A program made the translations under genes and the position numbers. Positions 19,604 through 28,614 of a stretch of 64,000 nucleotides of DNA are shown here, piece after piece. Origin of the DNA: Terrimicrobiaceae bacterium (lineage in GTDB: Bacteria; Verrucomicrobiota; Verrucomicrobiia; Chthoniobacterales; Terrimicrobiaceae); assembly GCA_041752695.1 (NCBI GenBank), contig JBGSVZ010000009.1, forward strand, positions 64,001-128,000, in the 5' to 3' direction. The notes under the pieces were generated by a model. It had not been told where the DNA came from. It saw only the letters and a list, made by a program, of their open reading frames with translations, and searched no databases. Numbering within the stretch: position 1 is the stretch's first letter; each line of letters starts with the position of its first letter.

Positions 19604-19674
19604 AACAGTCGAGCGCTGAGGAATATCTAATTCGCCCAAAGGAAAATTCCAGCATTAAACTGCGCGCTGCGCGC

Positions 19675-19785
19675 GAAACTCTGAACGCCGAACGCTCAAA
19701 GCTGAATTCTGAAGTGGGGAAGGAACGTCGCCCGTCCAACTTGGGCGTTCAACGTTCGACGTTCAGCGTTCGACGTTTGAGCGCG
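19675..19785. repeat. inverted pair of degenerate heptamer tandem arrays
   Basis: TGAACGC CGAACGC TCAAAGC TGAATTC ... GGCGTTC AACGTTC GACGTTC AGCGTTC GACGTTT. Confidence 0.75.
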
Positions 19786-19791
19786 CCGCGC

Positions 19792-20961
19792 TCACCGCCC
19801 CGGCATCACTTCCACCAGGAGGCCCTTGAGATAGAAGGTTTCCGGCAGATGGAGCACGGCGGGATGGTCCGATGCCTGACCCATCCGTTTGAGAATGCGG
19901 GCGGAGCGTTTGGCGTCGCCGAATCCCTCGGCAATTGAGGATTCAAATTCGTCCGCGGCCACATGGTGGGAGCAGGAAAACGTGGCCAGCAGCCCATGCG
20001 GGGCAAGCAAGCGGGCAGCGCGCATGTGCAACTCGCGGTACCCGCGCAGGGCATCCTTGATTTTCCCCCGCGCCTTGGTGAAGGACGGCGGATCGAGGAT
20101 GATCAGGTCGTATTGGGTCTCCCGGCGCATTTGTTCCGCCAGGAAGGAAAACACATCCTCCTCCACGGTTTCGATGGCGAGGCAGTTGAGCGCGGCGTTG
20201 TCGCGGAGCTTCTGCGCGCTATCCGCGCCGCTCTCCACCGCCACCACGTGGGAAGCCCCTTTCGCCGCGCAGGCGAGCGCGAATCCGCCCTGATTGGCAA
20301 AACAATCCAGCACCCGCAGACCCGCGGCCCGGGCGGCCACGATGGAATAGTTTTCCGCCTGATCGAGATACAAACCGGTCTTTTGGCCGCGCAAAAAATC
20401 CACCGAAAACCGGATGCCGTCCAAGGTCACTTCCCGAGGTCCAGGGTCCTCACCCGCCAACATGCCTGTCACGAGAGGCAACCCCTCCAGCGTCCGGATG
20501 GGAGCATCGTTGCGCTCCACCACATGGGCGACACCGGGTAAAGCCGCCAGCGCCTCCGCGATCACCGCCTTCCGCTGATCCATCGCGACGGTCAGGGTCT
20601 GCAATACCGCCACGTCGCCGTAGCGGTCCACGACCACACCGGGCACGCCGTCGGCCTCACTCCAAACGAGGCGGCAGAGGAGGGGATTGCAGCCGGCCCG
20701 TTCCCGCCACTCCGCCGCCTGGGCGATGCGGCGGGTGAAAAAATCCGCGTCGAGGTCCTGACGCCGTCGCGAGAACCGGCGCGCGACAATTTGCGACTGG
20801 CTATTGTAGATTGCTGATCCCAGCAGCTTGTCCCGCCCGTCTTTCAGCGAAATCACATCGCCATCGGCGGGGTTGCCGAAAACCTTCAGCACCTCACTGG
20901 AATACACCCAGTCGTGCCCGTGGAGGATACGGGCGCGTGGACGAATGATTAGACCGGCCAT
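19792..20961 (-). CDS. RlmI-like class I SAM-dependent rRNA methyltransferase
   Basis: GH.WVY PUA-like N-terminus, GQKTGLYLDQ, VLDCFANQGGF, ILDPPSF, YLKG. Confidence 0.88.
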   Translation of the reverse strand: MAGLIIRPRARILHGHDWVYSSEVLKVFGNPADGDVISLKDGRDKLLGSAIYNSQSQIVARRFSRRRQDLDADFFTRRIAQAAEWRERAGCNPLLCRLVWSEADGVPGVVVDRYGDVAVLQTLTVAMDQRKAVIAEALAALPGVAHVVERNDAPIRTLEGLPLVTGMLAGEDPGPREVTLDGIRFSVDFLRGQKTGLYLDQAENYSIVAARAAGLRVLDCFANQGGFALACAAKGASHVVAVESGADSAQKLRDNAALNCLAIETVEEDVFSFLAEQMRRETQYDLIILDPPSFTKARGKIKDALRGYRELHMRAARLLAPHGLLATFSCSHHVAADEFESSIAEGFGDAKRSARILKRMGQASDHPAVLHLPETFYLKGLLVEVMPGR

Positions 20962-20973
20962 AACGAGAGCTGG

Positions 20974-21014
20974 AAACGAAACGTCCCGCGTCCGGCGACT
21001 GCCGGACCGGGACG
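20974..21014 (-). terminator. probable intrinsic terminator after acpP
   Basis: GC hairpin CGTCCCG-CGTCCGGC-GACT-GCCGGAC-CGGGACG followed on the minus strand by TTTCGTTT. Confidence 0.6.
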
Positions 21015-21040
21015 CAAACTTTTAAGAAGGGAAGCCGGAA

Positions 21041-21286
21041 TTACTTCTGGCTGCGCTCTTCGATGTATTTGATGACATCGCCGACGGACTGCAATTTTTC
21101 GGCGTCTTCATCGGGAACTTCCACACCGAACTCTTCTTCGAAAGCCATAACGAGCTCGACGGTGTCGAGGGAGTCGGCTCCGAGGTCCTCGATGAACGAG
21201 GCGGTCGGGGTGACCTGTTCAGGGTTCACACCCAATTGTTCGACGATGATGTCTTTGACTTTTTCTTCAATGGATTTTTCGGACAT
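21041..21286 (-). CDS. acpP: acyl carrier protein
   Basis: [20 protein letters not shown] phosphopantetheine motif. Confidence 0.97.
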   Translation of the reverse strand: MSEKSIEEKVKDIIVEQLGVNPEQVTPTASFIEDLGADSLDTVELVMAFEEEFGVEVPDEDAEKLQSVGDVIKYIEERSQK

Positions 21287-21453
21287 GGTGGGTAGTTGGT
21301 TAAAGGTGAGCGTAGGACTAGAGCCCATGTTGCCCTTTGGCAACAAATAATTTAGCGGGCTGCGAGGGCTCGCAAAATTGCGGATTTCTGGTCAAGGTCA
21401 AGTGGAAAAAAGCGGATCGCGCGCCGAGCCTTTCGCGGATGTATCGCGGGCGA

Positions 21454-22155
21454 CTAGGGCTGGGGGGTGATGGGTTTCACCGAGATGTATTCCGGATATC
21501 CGGCAATGTCGGCCTGCACATTGTACGTCTGGCCGGGCTTGAGATCCCGGGTGGGGATTTTTTCCCGATATTCGATGCGCTCCTTGGGATTGAGGATGAC
21601 GATGCCCTCCTGCGGTTTAAACGCCCGGTCTTCCGACCAGCGATTGACCACTTTGCCTTCGGCATCGGTCGTGACGATTTCGATGCGCTGACTGGTCGGA
21701 TAGTCGAGACGGATGAGTTGGCCGGTATTGTTGCGCAGGGTGTAAATGCCTTCGACCTCCCGTCGGTCGGTGAGGGAAAATGTTGGAGGTTCGATCGTGA
21801 GTTTTTCCGTGGTTTTGGTGGCTTGGAGACCACGCAGATTGACCGAGGCAAACATCTCGGTGAAAAATTTTCCCAGGATGGCAGTGGAGCTGTCGGGGCT
21901 GTTCTTCACCTTGGGGAAAGCCGCCAGCGAATTTTGCTCCGCCTGAATGGGGAGGTCCGTCCGGTTGGCCAGAAGTTTGGCGGCCTCGCGTTCCGCAAAA
22001 AACGGGCTGCCTTCATCCGGCTGGCTCACGGCAAACGCGGCGGCGGCCTGCTCCGTGGTGGGGGGCGGAGTGGCACGCGCGCCCGGGGCGGCAGTCTGGG
22101 CCAGCGCCCAGCCCGGCAGGGCGAGCGAAACAAACAGGACAAACGATTTCATCAC
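21454..22155 (-). CDS. exported protein with BsuPI-like (intracellular proteinase inhibitor) domain
   Basis: Signal peptide; RNNTGQLIRLDYPTSQRIEI...NRWSEDRAF pattern resembles BsuPI. Confidence 0.6.
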   Translation of the reverse strand: MMKSFVLFVSLALPGWALAQTAAPGARATPPPTTEQAAAAFAVSQPDEGSPFFAEREAAKLLANRTDLPIQAEQNSLAAFPKVKNSPDSSTAILGKFFTEMFASVNLRGLQATKTTEKLTIEPPTFSLTDRREVEGIYTLRNNTGQLIRLDYPTSQRIEIVTTDAEGKVVNRWSEDRAFKPQEGIVILNPKERIEYREKIPTRDLKPGQTYNVQADIAGYPEYISVKPITPQP

Positions 22156-22184
22156 GTTGTGGTGCTATCGCAGCCTTCCCGCAG

Positions 22185-22212
22185 TTGCAAATCCCTTCTC
22201 GCGAATTATGAT
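22185..22212 (+). promoter_or_regulatory. sigma70-like promoter, leaderless
   Basis: TTGCAA-N16-TATGAT, 6 nt before ATG 22219, no SD. The palindromic TTGCAA could also serve the divergent gene. Confidence 0.55.
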
Positions 22213-22218
22213 CGGCCC

Positions 22219-22779
22219 ATGCTCCGCGTACTTCTCCTTTGCCTTCTCCCCCTTGCTCCACTTGTCGCCGGAGAAACGAAGAAGGGAAACGAAGTGATGA
22301 TCCATCTGTACACCGAGGGAGGAGAACACGAGGGACCAACTTTTGTTTCCCCGGTGGTGCTCCAGAATCCCCCCAAAAAAACCTTCATCCGCAAGGTGCC
22401 GATTGTGACACAAAATGATTTTTCTGCGTTCTACCCCTTCGCCGCGCCAGACGGCACGATTGGCTGCTACTTCAAACTCGACAACAACGGGACGCACAAA
22501 CTCCACCAGCACACCGTGGAAAAGCTGGACACTCTCGTGGTCGCCATGATCAACGGCCGCGTGGCCTGCGCCATGATGGTCGACAAGCAGATCAAGGACG
22601 GCGTCCTGCCCATTCCCTCCGGCTTCCTTCCCATTGAGGTCGCCCAGTTGCAAACCCAGTTCCCGATCATCGGCAAGGAAAAGGAATTCGAGGCCCAGAA
22701 AAAAAAGGCCCTCGCTGCCATCAAGGAATCGGAGAAGAATAAGCCCAAAGCCACCCCAGCGCCCAAGGAAGTCCCATGA
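22219..22779 (+). CDS. exported hypothetical protein (possibly SecDF head-domain-like)
   Basis: Signal peptide MLRVLLLCLLPLAPLVAG; FKLDNNG...VAMINGRV pattern; ATGA overlap with the next gene. Confidence 0.6.
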   Translation: MLRVLLLCLLPLAPLVAGETKKGNEVMIHLYTEGGEHEGPTFVSPVVLQNPPKKTFIRKVPIVTQNDFSAFYPFAAPDGTIGCYFKLDNNGTHKLHQHTVEKLDTLVVAMINGRVACAMMVDKQIKDGVLPIPSGFLPIEVAQLQTQFPIIGKEKEFEAQKKKALAAIKESEKNKPKATPAPKEVP

Positions 22780-23798
22780 TCCGCGCCCTCTGCACAGTCA
22801 TCGCCGCCCTTGCCATCAACAGCCTGCGCGCGGAACCCCTGGTGCAATTTCCGACGGAAAATCGCGCCCTCCTGGAGGGCCGGCCCCAGGATTTTTTCAT
22901 GTATGTGGATCGGGATTTTGAGGGCGAAAAAACGAAACCCTGGCAGGGCGGACAATACGGCTACGTGCGCGGCCCTCAGCGTTCCGGCGGCAAGATCGTT
23001 TACACCCATCTGCACGAGGGAATCGACATCGCCCCGGTCCGCCGCGATGCCGCGGGCAATCCGCTCGACGAGGTTCGCGCCGCCGCCAGCGGCCGTGTGG
23101 TTCATGTCAGCCTCCTTCCCGGCGCTTCAAATTACGGCCGCTACGTCGTAATCGAACACCAATGGGAAAACTCCCCGTGCTACACGCTTTACGCGCATCT
23201 CTCGACCATCTCCGTCCAGCCCGGCCAGACCGTGCGACAGGGCGAACCCATCGGAGTGATGGGTTTCACCGGAGCCGGCATCAACCGCGAGCGCTCCCAT
23301 GTCCACTTTGAAGTGTGCCTCCTCCTCAATAAAAATTACGACACTTGGCACGACGCCGTATTCCCCGGCAGCCCGAATAAACACGGGAACTTCAATGGCA
23401 TGAACCTCGTCGGGTTCGACCCTTCGAAGCTCCTTGTAGAGGCGAAAGCGAATCCCTCACTGACCATTTCCGACGCCGTGGCCACAAACGAAGCCGCCTT
23501 CAAGATTTCCGTGCGCAACACCCCGAACTTCGGCCTCGTCCGCACCTACCCCTGGCTGGTTTCTCCCGGCGAAATCGCCAACCCTCCGGCCTGGACCATT
23601 ACCTTCAACCGCCACGGCGCTCCGCTAAAAATTGAAGCCTCCCCCACTCCCGTGACCGAACCTGTCGCCACCTGGGTGCGCGACAGCGATCTGCCGGCCG
23701 CTGCCGCCACCAGGGGCCTGGTCGTCGGATCTTCCGCAGCTCCCCGCCTGTCCGATTCCGGCAAACGGTTCGCCCGCCTGCTCACCTGGCCGGATTGA
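22776..23798 (+). CDS. M23 family metallopeptidase
   Basis: HEGIDI, YGRYVVIEH, YAHL, HVHFEV motifs; signal peptide. Confidence 0.9.
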   Translation: MIRALCTVIAALAINSLRAEPLVQFPTENRALLEGRPQDFFMYVDRDFEGEKTKPWQGGQYGYVRGPQRSGGKIVYTHLHEGIDIAPVRRDAAGNPLDEVRAAASGRVVHVSLLPGASNYGRYVVIEHQWENSPCYTLYAHLSTISVQPGQTVRQGEPIGVMGFTGAGINRERSHVHFEVCLLLNKNYDTWHDAVFPGSPNKHGNFNGMNLVGFDPSKLLVEAKANPSLTISDAVATNEAAFKISVRNTPNFGLVRTYPWLVSPGEIANPPAWTITFNRHGAPLKIEASPTPVTEPVATWVRDSDLPAAAATRGLVVGSSAAPRLSDSGKRFARLLTWPD

Positions 23799-23843
23799 AG
23801 GTCGGCCAAAAGCTGACCACAAATGGTGCGACCACCAAATAAA

Positions 23844-23903
23844 TGTAGTCGCCTCGCTCTGTCGAGGCGTCCGGCGGCGCCCCAACGGAGTGGGGCGACT
23901 ACA
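23844..23903. repeat. GTAG-tagged REP-like doublet
   Basis: TGTAGTCGCCTCGCTCTGTCGAGGCG...GGAGTGGGGCGACTACA; inverted ends; between convergent genes. Confidence 0.75.
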
Positions 23904-23918
23904 GTCTGTCGGAATCGC

Positions 23919-24902
23919 TCAGCGGGGCTGGGCCAACGCTTCTTTGAGTACCGCCTCCGCAGTCACCCCCTCCGCCTCGCCCTCGAAATTCAAGATAATG
24001 CGATGCCGCAGGGCCGGCAGCACCCAGGCGTCGATGTCGTCTTTGGCCACATGGAAACGTCCGTCGAGTAGCGCGCTGATTTTGGCGCAGAGGATGAGGG
24101 CCTGGGCACCGCGGGGACTGGCCCCGTACCGGACGTATTTTTTGGCCAGCGGCACCGACTCCGCCCGATCTGGGTGGGTGGCCAGCACAAGCTGCACGGC
24201 ACGCGCCTCGATCTCCCGAACCACCGGCACCGAGCGCACAAGCTCCCGCAAGCCGGTGAGATTTTCCAATTTCACGGTCCCCACCTCCGGCGCGTGATCC
24301 CCAGTCGTGCGGGCGAGGATTTCGTGCAGATCGTCTGCGCCGGGATATTCCACTTGAAGCTTCAGAAGAAACCGGTCGAGCTGCGCTTCCGGCAAGGGAT
24401 ACGTGCCCTCCATCTCGATGGGATTTTGCGTCGCCAGGACAAGAAACGGCCGCTTCATGGTGTGCTGGACGCCAGCGACAGTGACATGGCGTTCCTGCAT
24501 GGCCTCAAGGAGCGCGCTCTGGGTTTTCGGCGTGGCGCGATTAATTTCGTCGGCGAGGAGGATGTTGGAAAACACCGGGCCGGGCTCGAATTGAAAGCGT
24601 TTCCGGCCATGCTCGTCCTCCACAATAAGGTTGGTGCCGATGATGTCGGAAGGCATGAGATCCGGGGTGAACTGAATGCGCGAAAAATCCAGCCCGGCCG
24701 CGCTGGCCAGGGTGCGCACGAGGGCGGTTTTTCCCAGACCGGGAGCGCCTTCAAGCAGTGCGTGGCCTTCGGCAAAAAAGGCGGTGAGCACGCCGTGGAT
24801 GATTTCGCTTTGTCCCACGAGGAAACTTTCCATCGCGGTGCGCAGGCTGTGAAAGGCCTCGCGAAATTCGGCGGCGTGGGATTCTACGGATTCGGTACTC
24901 AT
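23919..24902 (-). CDS. MoxR family AAA+ ATPase
   Basis: GAPGLGKT, RIQFTPDLMPSD, DEINRATPKTQSALLE, ATQNPIE, PEAQLDRF. Confidence 0.93.
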   Translation of the reverse strand: MSTESVESHAAEFREAFHSLRTAMESFLVGQSEIIHGVLTAFFAEGHALLEGAPGLGKTALVRTLASAAGLDFSRIQFTPDLMPSDIIGTNLIVEDEHGRKRFQFEPGPVFSNILLADEINRATPKTQSALLEAMQERHVTVAGVQHTMKRPFLVLATQNPIEMEGTYPLPEAQLDRFLLKLQVEYPGADDLHEILARTTGDHAPEVGTVKLENLTGLRELVRSVPVVREIEARAVQLVLATHPDRAESVPLAKKYVRYGASPRGAQALILCAKISALLDGRFHVAKDDIDAWVLPALRHRIILNFEGEAEGVTAEAVLKEALAQPR

Positions 24903-24906
24903 AATG

Positions 24907-26313
24907 TCAGTCTTTCGGCCGGATGGCCTCGAAATAGCGTTTCACCAGAAGGCGCGAGCCGGCGGGGATTTCCTCCTGCGAGACGGCGTCCAGGGCGGCG
25001 GGAGCGGCGCTTTGGTAGGCAGATTTCCAGGCCCGGCGCGCGGCGGGATCGTCGCCTCCGGCCGCCCGCAACATCTCAACCAGCGACGCGCCATCGCCCA
25101 TCTGTCCGGCCACAAATTCCTCGGGGCCGCCCGCCTCGCTCAGGGCCGGGTTTCCTCCGCCCAGATCCGCTCCCTGGCCCAGATCCTTCTCGGAACCGGG
25201 CGCCCCCCCGGGTGGGGCATTGTCAGCCAGGCCGGACTCTGGTTTTTCTCCGCCGTTGGGCGCATCGTTCGGATCGCCCTCCTCTCCGGAATTTTCGCCT
25301 TCGCCGGATTCCCCTCCGGTTCCCTGTTTGATGTCCCGCAGGGCGGAAAGAAATTTTTTGCGCCCCTGGCCGTTGCCATCGCCTTTGGACGATTTCAAAA
25401 TCGATCCCAACTGCTGCCGGGCCTGTTGGTTCTGGGCGAGTTCCTGGAGTTTGCGGCTTTCCAGGTGTTTCGCCGCCTGTTCGAGCGCCTTGGCCAGGGC
25501 CTCCGAGTCGAGCTTCGCCACGCTTTCTGCGGCCCGCTGGTGATCTCCGGACTGCAATTCGGCGGCTAGCTGAGGGGAAGACCCAGCCAGGGCTTCGGCC
25601 AGCGCGGCTGTCTCGGCCGGTGACAGGGCGTCAGGACCACCGGCGGAGGAAAGCTTTCGCTCCAACTCGGCCAGCGCCCGCAGGGCATCCCGGAGGGGTT
25701 CGTTCGAATCGGGGAGATTTTTTATGGCCTGCGCGATCTCCTTCGCTGCTTGCGCCACTTCGGGATTTTCTTTTTGCGTGGCCGCCGCCTTCTGCGCCTC
25801 GTCCAGGATCTGGCGGGCTCCCGCCAGTTCATCAGCCAGCCCCGCCACGCGCAGGCGGTGAAAACTTTCCAGGCCCAGCAGCGCGAGGAGAGGAATCACC
25901 AGCCACAAAAAATTGCGCCCCGGGAATGGCAGCCTGAGATTTTTTCGCAGGCTCAGCGTTTCCGCGTAAACCGCCACTTCGCGATGCAAGGCGGCGGTCC
26001 AGGGCGTTTCCTCGGTGACCTGCCACTCGGTGGAAAAGCGATCCTTCGTCCCCATCCGCGCATCCACCTCCCGGGCCACCTCGCCCATCGACCGCCAGCG
26101 GAAAATGGCGAAAACCCATGCCGCCACCAACGGCAAGGCCAGCACCCAGGGAACCGCGATCAGCACCTCACGATGTCCCGCCAAGGCCACCCCTCTCAGC
26201 ACCACCACCGCGGAAAGCCCGGCCAGCAAGGCCCAGGCGGAGCTCTGCAAAAAGGTGTTCCCGACCAAACGACCGCGCGCTTCGCGGAGCTTTTGGCGCA
26301 CAATCCCATTCAC
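24907..26313 (-). CDS. membrane-anchored coiled-coil protein (MoxR-operon accessory)
   Basis: N-terminal TMs, DRFST motif, helical region, G-rich linker, C-terminal IP...LVKRYF; GTG start. Confidence 0.65.
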   Translation of the reverse strand: MNGIVRQKLREARGRLVGNTFLQSSAWALLAGLSAVVVLRGVALAGHREVLIAVPWVLALPLVAAWVFAIFRWRSMGEVAREVDARMGTKDRFSTEWQVTEETPWTAALHREVAVYAETLSLRKNLRLPFPGRNFLWLVIPLLALLGLESFHRLRVAGLADELAGARQILDEAQKAAATQKENPEVAQAAKEIAQAIKNLPDSNEPLRDALRALAELERKLSSAGGPDALSPAETAALAEALAGSSPQLAAELQSGDHQRAAESVAKLDSEALAKALEQAAKHLESRKLQELAQNQQARQQLGSILKSSKGDGNGQGRKKFLSALRDIKQGTGGESGEGENSGEEGDPNDAPNGGEKPESGLADNAPPGGAPGSEKDLGQGADLGGGNPALSEAGGPEEFVAGQMGDGASLVEMLRAAGGDDPAARRAWKSAYQSAAPAALDAVSQEEIPAGSRLLVKRYFEAIRPKD

Positions 26314-26406
26314 GCCTCCAACAAGAGCAAACCCCGGCGGAATTGCAATGGTGGAGGAAAAGCGGGATCCCGCAAGTCCCGGGCCGCCGCGGATTATCCG
26401 CCGGGA

Positions 26407-27453
26407 CTAAAGGGGCTTCTTCTCCGCCAACGCGATTTCGCCCACCTCGTAAATATCCTTCGCCAGACCCACAATCTTTCCATCCGGCTCACCGACCACC
26501 GAGTGGTCCTTGCCGGAATAGGGAATCGCGGTCAGCACAAATTTCATGGCATTAAGCCTCGCCCGCCGTTTGTCGTCCGAGCGGACAATCGTCCAGGGCG
26601 CATCCGCGGTGTCGGTGTAAAAAAGCATGGCCTCCTTGGCCTTGGTGTATTCCTCCCAGCGGGCGAGCGACTCCACATCCATCGGGCTGAGTTTCCACTG
26701 TTTGAGCGGATCCTTCGCCCGACCAAGAAACCGGCGCAGTTGTTCTTCGCGACTGACGGAAAACCAAAACTTAAACAACTTGATCCCGCTGCGCACCATC
26801 ATGCGCTCAAATTCCGGAGCCTGGCGCATGAATTCGAGGTATTCATGACCGGAGCAAAATCCCATCACATGCTCGACGCCGGCGCGGTTGTACCAGGACC
26901 GATCGTAGAGCACGATTTCGCCCTTGGTGGGAAGCTGCTCAATGTACCGCTGGAAATACCACTGACCGCGCTCGGTTTCCGTGGGTTTGGTGAGGGCGAC
27001 CACCCGCGCGCCCCTGGGGTTCAAATTTTCCGTGAAGCGTTTGATTGTCCCGCCCTTGCCCGCGGCATCGCGGCCTTCGAAAAGCAGGACAATCCGATCG
27101 CCCGACTCCTTCACCCACGCCTGCATCTTGACCAACTCAATGGCGAGCAACCCGGCCTCTTCCTCGTAATCGTCCCCATCCATCGGGGTGGAATAGGGAT
27201 AACTGGCATTAATGATGTCCTTCTTCTTCGCCTGACGGACTTTCTGAATAATGTCGTCGGGCACACTGCTGCGCACCTGCTCGGCAATCAACTCCACCAT
27301 GGGGAAAGACCCCGCCGTGGTGATCGCCTCGCTCATCAGCCGATGACGTTCTTTTTTGCGCTCCTTTTTGAGCTTCTTTTTCTCCGCCTTCCCTTTGGCC
27401 TTCGCGGTGAGGGGCGCTTCTTCGGTTTCCGCAGGCGTGAGCTCTTCGTCCAT
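26407..27453 (-). CDS. ppk2: polyphosphate kinase 2
   Basis: FEGRDAAGKGG, WYFQRY, DRSWYNRAGVE, WKLSPMD. Confidence 0.95.
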   Translation of the reverse strand: MDEELTPAETEEAPLTAKAKGKAEKKKLKKERKKERHRLMSEAITTAGSFPMVELIAEQVRSSVPDDIIQKVRQAKKKDIINASYPYSTPMDGDDYEEEAGLLAIELVKMQAWVKESGDRIVLLFEGRDAAGKGGTIKRFTENLNPRGARVVALTKPTETERGQWYFQRYIEQLPTKGEIVLYDRSWYNRAGVEHVMGFCSGHEYLEFMRQAPEFERMMVRSGIKLFKFWFSVSREEQLRRFLGRAKDPLKQWKLSPMDVESLARWEEYTKAKEAMLFYTDTADAPWTIVRSDDKRRARLNAMKFVLTAIPYSGKDHSVVGEPDGKIVGLAKDIYEVGEIALAEKKPL

Positions 27454-27519
27454 AAATGTTTTTAAGATGGGTGCGGGGGCAGAAAGAGCATCTCGCGTGC
27501 CATCCCGCACACGGTCCCG

Positions 27520-28551
27520 CTAAGCCCGGTCGCCATCCACTCCGGGCAACGGCCGCACCGGCATCACATTCAGCGCGCGCACGCGCTCGAAAACGCCCGG
27601 CGACACCTCCGGACTTTTGGCATAGGCCCCGAAAATCATTTCCAGACGCGCATCGAGATTGTCCACGTAATGCAAGGCGATGGCCTCTGGGGTCTTGGGT
27701 TCCACCGGGGAGCCGTATTCCAGCTCGCCATGGTGGGCGGCGATCAGGTGCAGCAGATGCAGCCTCACGTCTTCAGAGGCCGGCGTGAGCGTCTTCCACT
27801 CGTCGAGGGGCAGCTTGCGCCAGAGGGCATTGGCCACTTCGATGCCGATACTGATGTGCCCGAGCAACTCGCCGCGCAGTTCGCGCGGCATGTCGAAGCC
27901 ATTTTCCGGCGGACACATTTCCCAAAGCTTCCCGCTGTCATGAAAAAGCACGCCGGTCAGCAACAGGTCCCGATTGAGCACCGGGTAGGCCACGCAAATG
28001 CAGTCCGCCGTCCGCATCATCTGCGCGGTGTGGCGGAGCAGCCCGCCACGGAAGGCGTGGTGATTAAACCGCGCCGCCGCCGCCCGGCGAAAACGCAGTC
28101 CAAACTCGTCGAGGAACGCCACCGCCAGGGAACGCAACCGCGGGTCGCCGAGGCTTTCCACCAGGCTGGTGACCAATTCGAAATCCGCATCATTGGTTTC
28201 TCGGGTCGCGGCATCGCCATCGAACAAATCCTGCGCCTCCGCGGGCATCAGAGGGCGCATCGTCCAGCGCTGCGCCTCCAGACCAAACGCGCTGATGCCA
28301 AACTCGCCTTCCACCTGCACGGTGTCGCCTTTTTCCAATTCCTCGCAGGCGGTGAAATTCGGCGAGTTGTTCCAGGCCTTCAGCGACAGCGAATCTGTGC
28401 CGTCCCTCAAGCGGAGTTCAAAAAACGGTTTCCCATTCCGGTCCTCCTTGCGGACCAAGTCCTCGACCTGGGCGTGGAGACGGGCTCCCAACGTGCTGGC
28501 GCGGGCCTCGGTGCGGAGTTGGGCAACGGTCTTGCGGGCGGGGTCAGACAT
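27520..28551 (-). CDS. OB-fold/HD-domain 3'-5' exoribonuclease (YhaM/CBF1 family)
   Basis: N-terminal OB fold; HHAFRGGLLRHT, HDSGK, GHI, HHG..EYGSP..P.TPEA. Confidence 0.85.
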   Translation of the reverse strand: MSDPARKTVAQLRTEARASTLGARLHAQVEDLVRKEDRNGKPFFELRLRDGTDSLSLKAWNNSPNFTACEELEKGDTVQVEGEFGISAFGLEAQRWTMRPLMPAEAQDLFDGDAATRETNDADFELVTSLVESLGDPRLRSLAVAFLDEFGLRFRRAAAARFNHHAFRGGLLRHTAQMMRTADCICVAYPVLNRDLLLTGVLFHDSGKLWEMCPPENGFDMPRELRGELLGHISIGIEVANALWRKLPLDEWKTLTPASEDVRLHLLHLIAAHHGELEYGSPVEPKTPEAIALHYVDNLDARLEMIFGAYAKSPEVSPGVFERVRALNVMPVRPLPGVDGDRA

Positions 28552-28614
28552 GGGATTCTTTAACCACCGATTTCGCGGATGGGCACGGATAAAAACTCCG
28601 CCATCAGCCGCCCG

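Noticed and set aside
21337..22218. N-terminal extension of the 480-aa ORF 21337-22779
   Set aside because: Overlaps the minus-strand BsuPI-like gene; a promoter and signal peptide support the start at 22219.
28561..28592. AACCACCGATTTCGCGGATGGGCACGGAT period-9-like repeat
   Set aside because: Single degenerate instance in the window; insufficient evidence to define a family here.
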